Assembly (NCBI GenBank): GCA_027451365.1
Contig: DAIDJN010000054.1
Span: forward strand, 36,333 to 100,332
DNA length: 64,000 nucleotides
Direction: 5' to 3'
Source: Phycisphaerales bacterium
Lineage (GTDB): Bacteria > Planctomycetota > Phycisphaerae > WQYP01
The stretch's first letter is position 1. Each line of letters begins with the position of its first letter. This document shows, in pieces, positions 61,694-64,000 of the stretch. Under the pieces are notes generated by a model. It had not been told where the DNA came from. It was given only the letters and a program-made list of their open reading frames with translations, and did not search any database. The translations under genes and the position numbers were made by a program.

Positions 61694-62155
61694 GATATCG
61701 GATAATAGACGGCAAGGAACGTGCATTGGCTTGGCACACAGCAACTGGCGACGTTATGATTTAGGCACCAAAGTAAGGTCGGCCTTTTTCAAGGCAGGTT
61801 TATGGTCGCACTGGATAAACAATTTGACCACCACCACGGCACCAAGCCGCGAAGTTGCGGCCGCTGGCGCGATGAGTCTTGGCAGACGGGAAAATCTCCT
61901 GGTCACCGGACCGCAGACATCCTGTCTGCCCGTCGTCACCGCGATATGTTCAATTCCTCCAATACCTCCTGTGCGAATGAAATAATCTATTGCGGCTACC
62001 GCCTTGATCCTGAATCGCAGGTTTATTACGTCCGCAATCGGACATACAACGCCGTTCTTGGCCGTTGGGCACAGCGTGATCCGATCGGGTATGACGGCGA
62101 AATAAATTTGTATCAGTACGTCGAACCCTCACCGGTGGGTAAGGTTGATCCAAGC
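61694..62155 (+). repeat. B/C-type leader plus core repeat (copy C), including the 66-bp core at 61913-61978
   Basis: Inverted homologue of 3640-4094. Confidence 0.95.
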
Positions 62156-62434
62156 GGCGAATTGACTATTGGGGCTGTTATAAAATGGTTTATTGCAACC
62201 TACCGCCAGGCGGTTCCTGACGGCGAATTCGTGGATGCGACCTACGCCGTACCATCAATTATGCGGCTTTGGTTAAACAAGGAGGCGGCCAACCGCATGA
62301 TTTATGATTTGGACCATTGCATTGCTTGGGAGAAGGACCCCTTGTACAAAGGATTGCTGAATATGTCACAAGGGCAACCGCTGACGCCCGCCGAACACGG
62401 GGCGGTCCAAGACATGCTCGAGCAGCGTAAATAG
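61802..62434 (+). CDS. Mini-RHS toxin (module C) with uncharacterised helical tip
   Basis: Same N-terminus as module B (MVALDKQFDHHHGTKPRSCGR); RHS core up to VDPSG; tip of about 90 aa. Confidence 0.8.
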   Translation: MVALDKQFDHHHGTKPRSCGRWRDESWQTGKSPGHRTADILSARRHRDMFNSSNTSCANEIIYCGYRLDPESQVYYVRNRTYNAVLGRWAQRDPIGYDGEINLYQYVEPSPVGKVDPSGELTIGAVIKWFIATYRQAVPDGEFVDATYAVPSIMRLWLNKEAANRMIYDLDHCIAWEKDPLYKGLLNMSQGQPLTPAEHGAVQDMLEQRK

Positions 62435-62539
62435 AAAACCGGCGTAAACGGTCCGGGCGCTCAGCGTGTCGTCATCGGTCAAGGCGGCGAGGTCTATTAC
62501 ACGCCCGACCACTATCAAACTTTCATTCAAGTGAAGTAA
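62435..62539 (+). pseudogene. C-terminal remnant of a barnase/RNase Sa-type ribonuclease toxin
   Basis: Manual translation KTGVNGPGAQRVVIGQGGEVYYTPDHYQTFIQVK* has the R...YYT.DHY.TF signature. It lies in frame directly after the TAG of module C. Confidence 0.8.
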
Positions 62540-62555
62540 AGGGAGACGATCCATT

Positions 62556-62939
62556 ATGACTGATATATCAGCATTTTCATTCGACACGAGTTCCCTGAAC
62601 CTAGACCCAAAGGCTGACTTCATTGCCAAGGTGCCGACAGGAATAAGTGATCGAAAAGCCTTCCTCGAAGTGATGCGCATGATACTGCAATTCCCCGTCT
62701 ATTTTGGCAATAATTGGGATGCCTTAGCGGATTTCCTCAGGGATTTGTCATGGATTCAACAGCGTCGCGTTGTTATCCTGCATGATGATATCCCACCGTT
62801 GGATTCGAGCTCTATCTCCACGTATTTGGACGTCCTCGCTGATTGCGTGCGCGACTGGAAGCCGGGCGAGGACCATGAGTTAGTAGTAGTATTTCCTTCG
62901 GGGGCTCGTGATGCCATAAGCAAAATTGTTAGAAATTAA
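62556..62939 (+). CDS. Barstar family ribonuclease inhibitor (immunity)
   Basis: LQFPVYFGNNWDALADFLRDLSW motif; GGGAG RBS. Confidence 0.92.
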   Translation: MTDISAFSFDTSSLNLDPKADFIAKVPTGISDRKAFLEVMRMILQFPVYFGNNWDALADFLRDLSWIQQRRVVILHDDIPPLDSSSISTYLDVLADCVRDWKPGEDHELVVVFPSGARDAISKIVRN

Positions 62940-63171
62940 CCGCCGCTATAGCGGCTGTCCCGGCCCAGGTGTGCCGTGCAAAGGCGAGGTGTCCCAGCGA
63001 GTGCAAGACTCACCCCGGTAAAGGTCGTTGCGACCGGGAAGCTGTCCCAGCGGCGGCGAAAGCAAAATCCATCTTCCGCAGTCGGCTGATTACCCCAGTT
63101 TGCCGACTGTTGCGCAATCTGGATTTTTTTGGCAACAGGCGACAAATTTTCGGTACCCGGTCCGAGAAAAT

Positions 63172-63495
63172 ATTTGCCGCGAATTTGATCAAAGGTATAA
63201 TCGAAGTTGGAACAGCTTGAAAAGGGATCGCTCGTTTGGTTGCAACTGACGAAATGCTTTCGGAATGCTTGCTTGCCAGCCAAAGCCCCCGGCGGCAGAA
63301 TTGTGGTGCAGACATCTTGTCTGCCCGTCGTCACCGCGATATGTCCAGTTCCTCCAATACCTCCTGTGAGAATTTCAATCATCGAAAGGCCTCCTTCACT
63401 GGCGTTGAGTCTTCGTGTAGTCGCGGCGAAGACCGGTTTTTCACTCCCGGTTCGCAACTTTCATCTTCTGACTTGCCAGTTTATTACTTGCAGGA
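63172..63495 (+). repeat. A/D-type leader repeat (copy D), including the 66-bp core at 63308-63373
   Basis: Inverted homologue of 1190-1510. Confidence 0.9.
63174..63201 (+). promoter_or_regulatory. Putative sigma70 promoter of module D (TTGCCG-N16-TATAAT)
   Basis: Near-consensus -35/-10 boxes, conserved with module A. Confidence 0.6.
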
Positions 63496-64000
63496 TGCGG
63501 ACTGGAATGTAACGGCCCTGATCACATTCGACAGCGGCACGAATACCTGGGCGGTTTCTGAACGGTTTGTCTTCGATAGCTATGGGCAGGTCCAGACCTT
63601 CAATGCCAGTTGGCAGGCAGCGACTGATACGCTTGGTTGGCAGGTATTGGCGCAGGGCCGATTCCGCGATTCGACCACGGGATTGGACGATGGCCGGGCC
63701 AGAATTTATTTCGCCAGTCTTGGCCGTTGGATTAGCGAGGACCCTGCGGGTTATATCGATGGTGCCAGCACCTATCAATATGAGGTTGGCGGACCCGTGG
63801 GTTCGGTGGATCCGATGGGTCAGAGTTGGAATCCAATGAGTTGGGGCTGGGTACAGACGACCGTCGGAGCGGTTTCTGGGGCGGCTACCCACAGCTATTA
63901 TTACGTCAAATCTCTGCCATCGGCGTATTGGCAAACAGCCTCTGATGGCGAACAGATTAGCTCGGCCACCGGCTACGTAGACAGCCTGACGAACGCGGTA
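63236..64000 (+). CDS. Mini-RHS toxin (module D), runs off window
   Basis: Not in the ORF track (no stop in the window). Manual translation from TTG 63236 / ATG 63254 gives MLSECLLASQSPRRQNCGADILSARR...VYYLQDADWN...FDSYG...LGRWISEDPAGYIDGASTYQY...VDPMG plus a tip. Confidence 0.88.
   Translation, partial: MVATDEMLSECLLASQSPRRQNCGADILSARRHRDMSSSSNTSCENFNHRKASFTGVESSCSRGEDRFFTPGSQLSSSDLPVYYLQDADWNVTALITFDSGTNTWAVSERFVFDSYGQVQTFNASWQAATDTLGWQVLAQGRFRDSTTGLDDGRARIYFASLGRWISEDPAGYIDGASTYQYEVGGPVGSVDPMGQSWNPMSWGWVQTTVGAVSGAATHSYYYVKSLPSAYWQTASDGEQISSATGYVDSLTNAV

Noticed and set aside
3640..62155. B/C repeat pair as a diversity-generating retroelement TR/VR
   Set aside because: The differences are not adenine-specific, the repeat covers the conserved N-terminus rather than a variable C-terminus, and no reverse transcriptase is in the window.
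62432..62434. Programmed amber readthrough or pyrrolysine joining tip C to the RNase fragment
   Set aside because: The fragment lacks the catalytic N-terminal half, no pyl genes are seen, and an in-frame junction can occur by chance.
1309..63373. The four 66-bp repeats as a CRISPR array or integron attC sites
   Set aside because: They are dispersed, lie inside ORFs and have no regular spacers. No cas or intI gene is present, and I saw no RYYYAAC/GTTRRRY attC ends.

Overview
This is a chromosomal window from a moderately GC-rich bacterium, probably a planctomycete (Phycisphaerae-like). That assignment is inferred from the PEP-CTERM protein, the planctomycete-style RHS cores and the coaE-rho order. 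The window is probably origin-proximal, since two perfect parS sites lie upstream of parB. The core contains housekeeping genes (parB, RluA-family pseudouridine synthase, coaE, rho, smc, trpG/pabA, murQ, nrdR, tdh-kbl, HtrA-family protease, ileS, polA, kch), glycoside hydrolases, glycosyltransferases, a 1515-aa PEP-CTERM surface protein, an ECF sigma/anti-sigma pair and a decayed AbiE toxin-antitoxin locus. Two accessory systems stand out. (1) Four short 'mini-RHS' toxin modules sit as two inverted pairs at the window ends. Each has a non-RHS leader, and all share a 66-bp core that starts with a REP-like hairpin and shows mosaic variation. Their C-terminal tips and immunity genes differ (SMI1/KNR4, membrane proteins, barstar plus an RNase remnant). 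(2) A compositionally foreign four-gene operon at ~45.7-52.1 kb encodes a GRDP/DUF1399-like protein with a Cys tail, a TauD-family dioxygenase, a SAM methyltransferase and a ~1410-aa UvrA-like ATPase with an extra degenerate third module. It is a candidate undescribed biosynthetic/self-resistance or DNA-modification system. All family calls come from reading motifs by eye; no searches were run.
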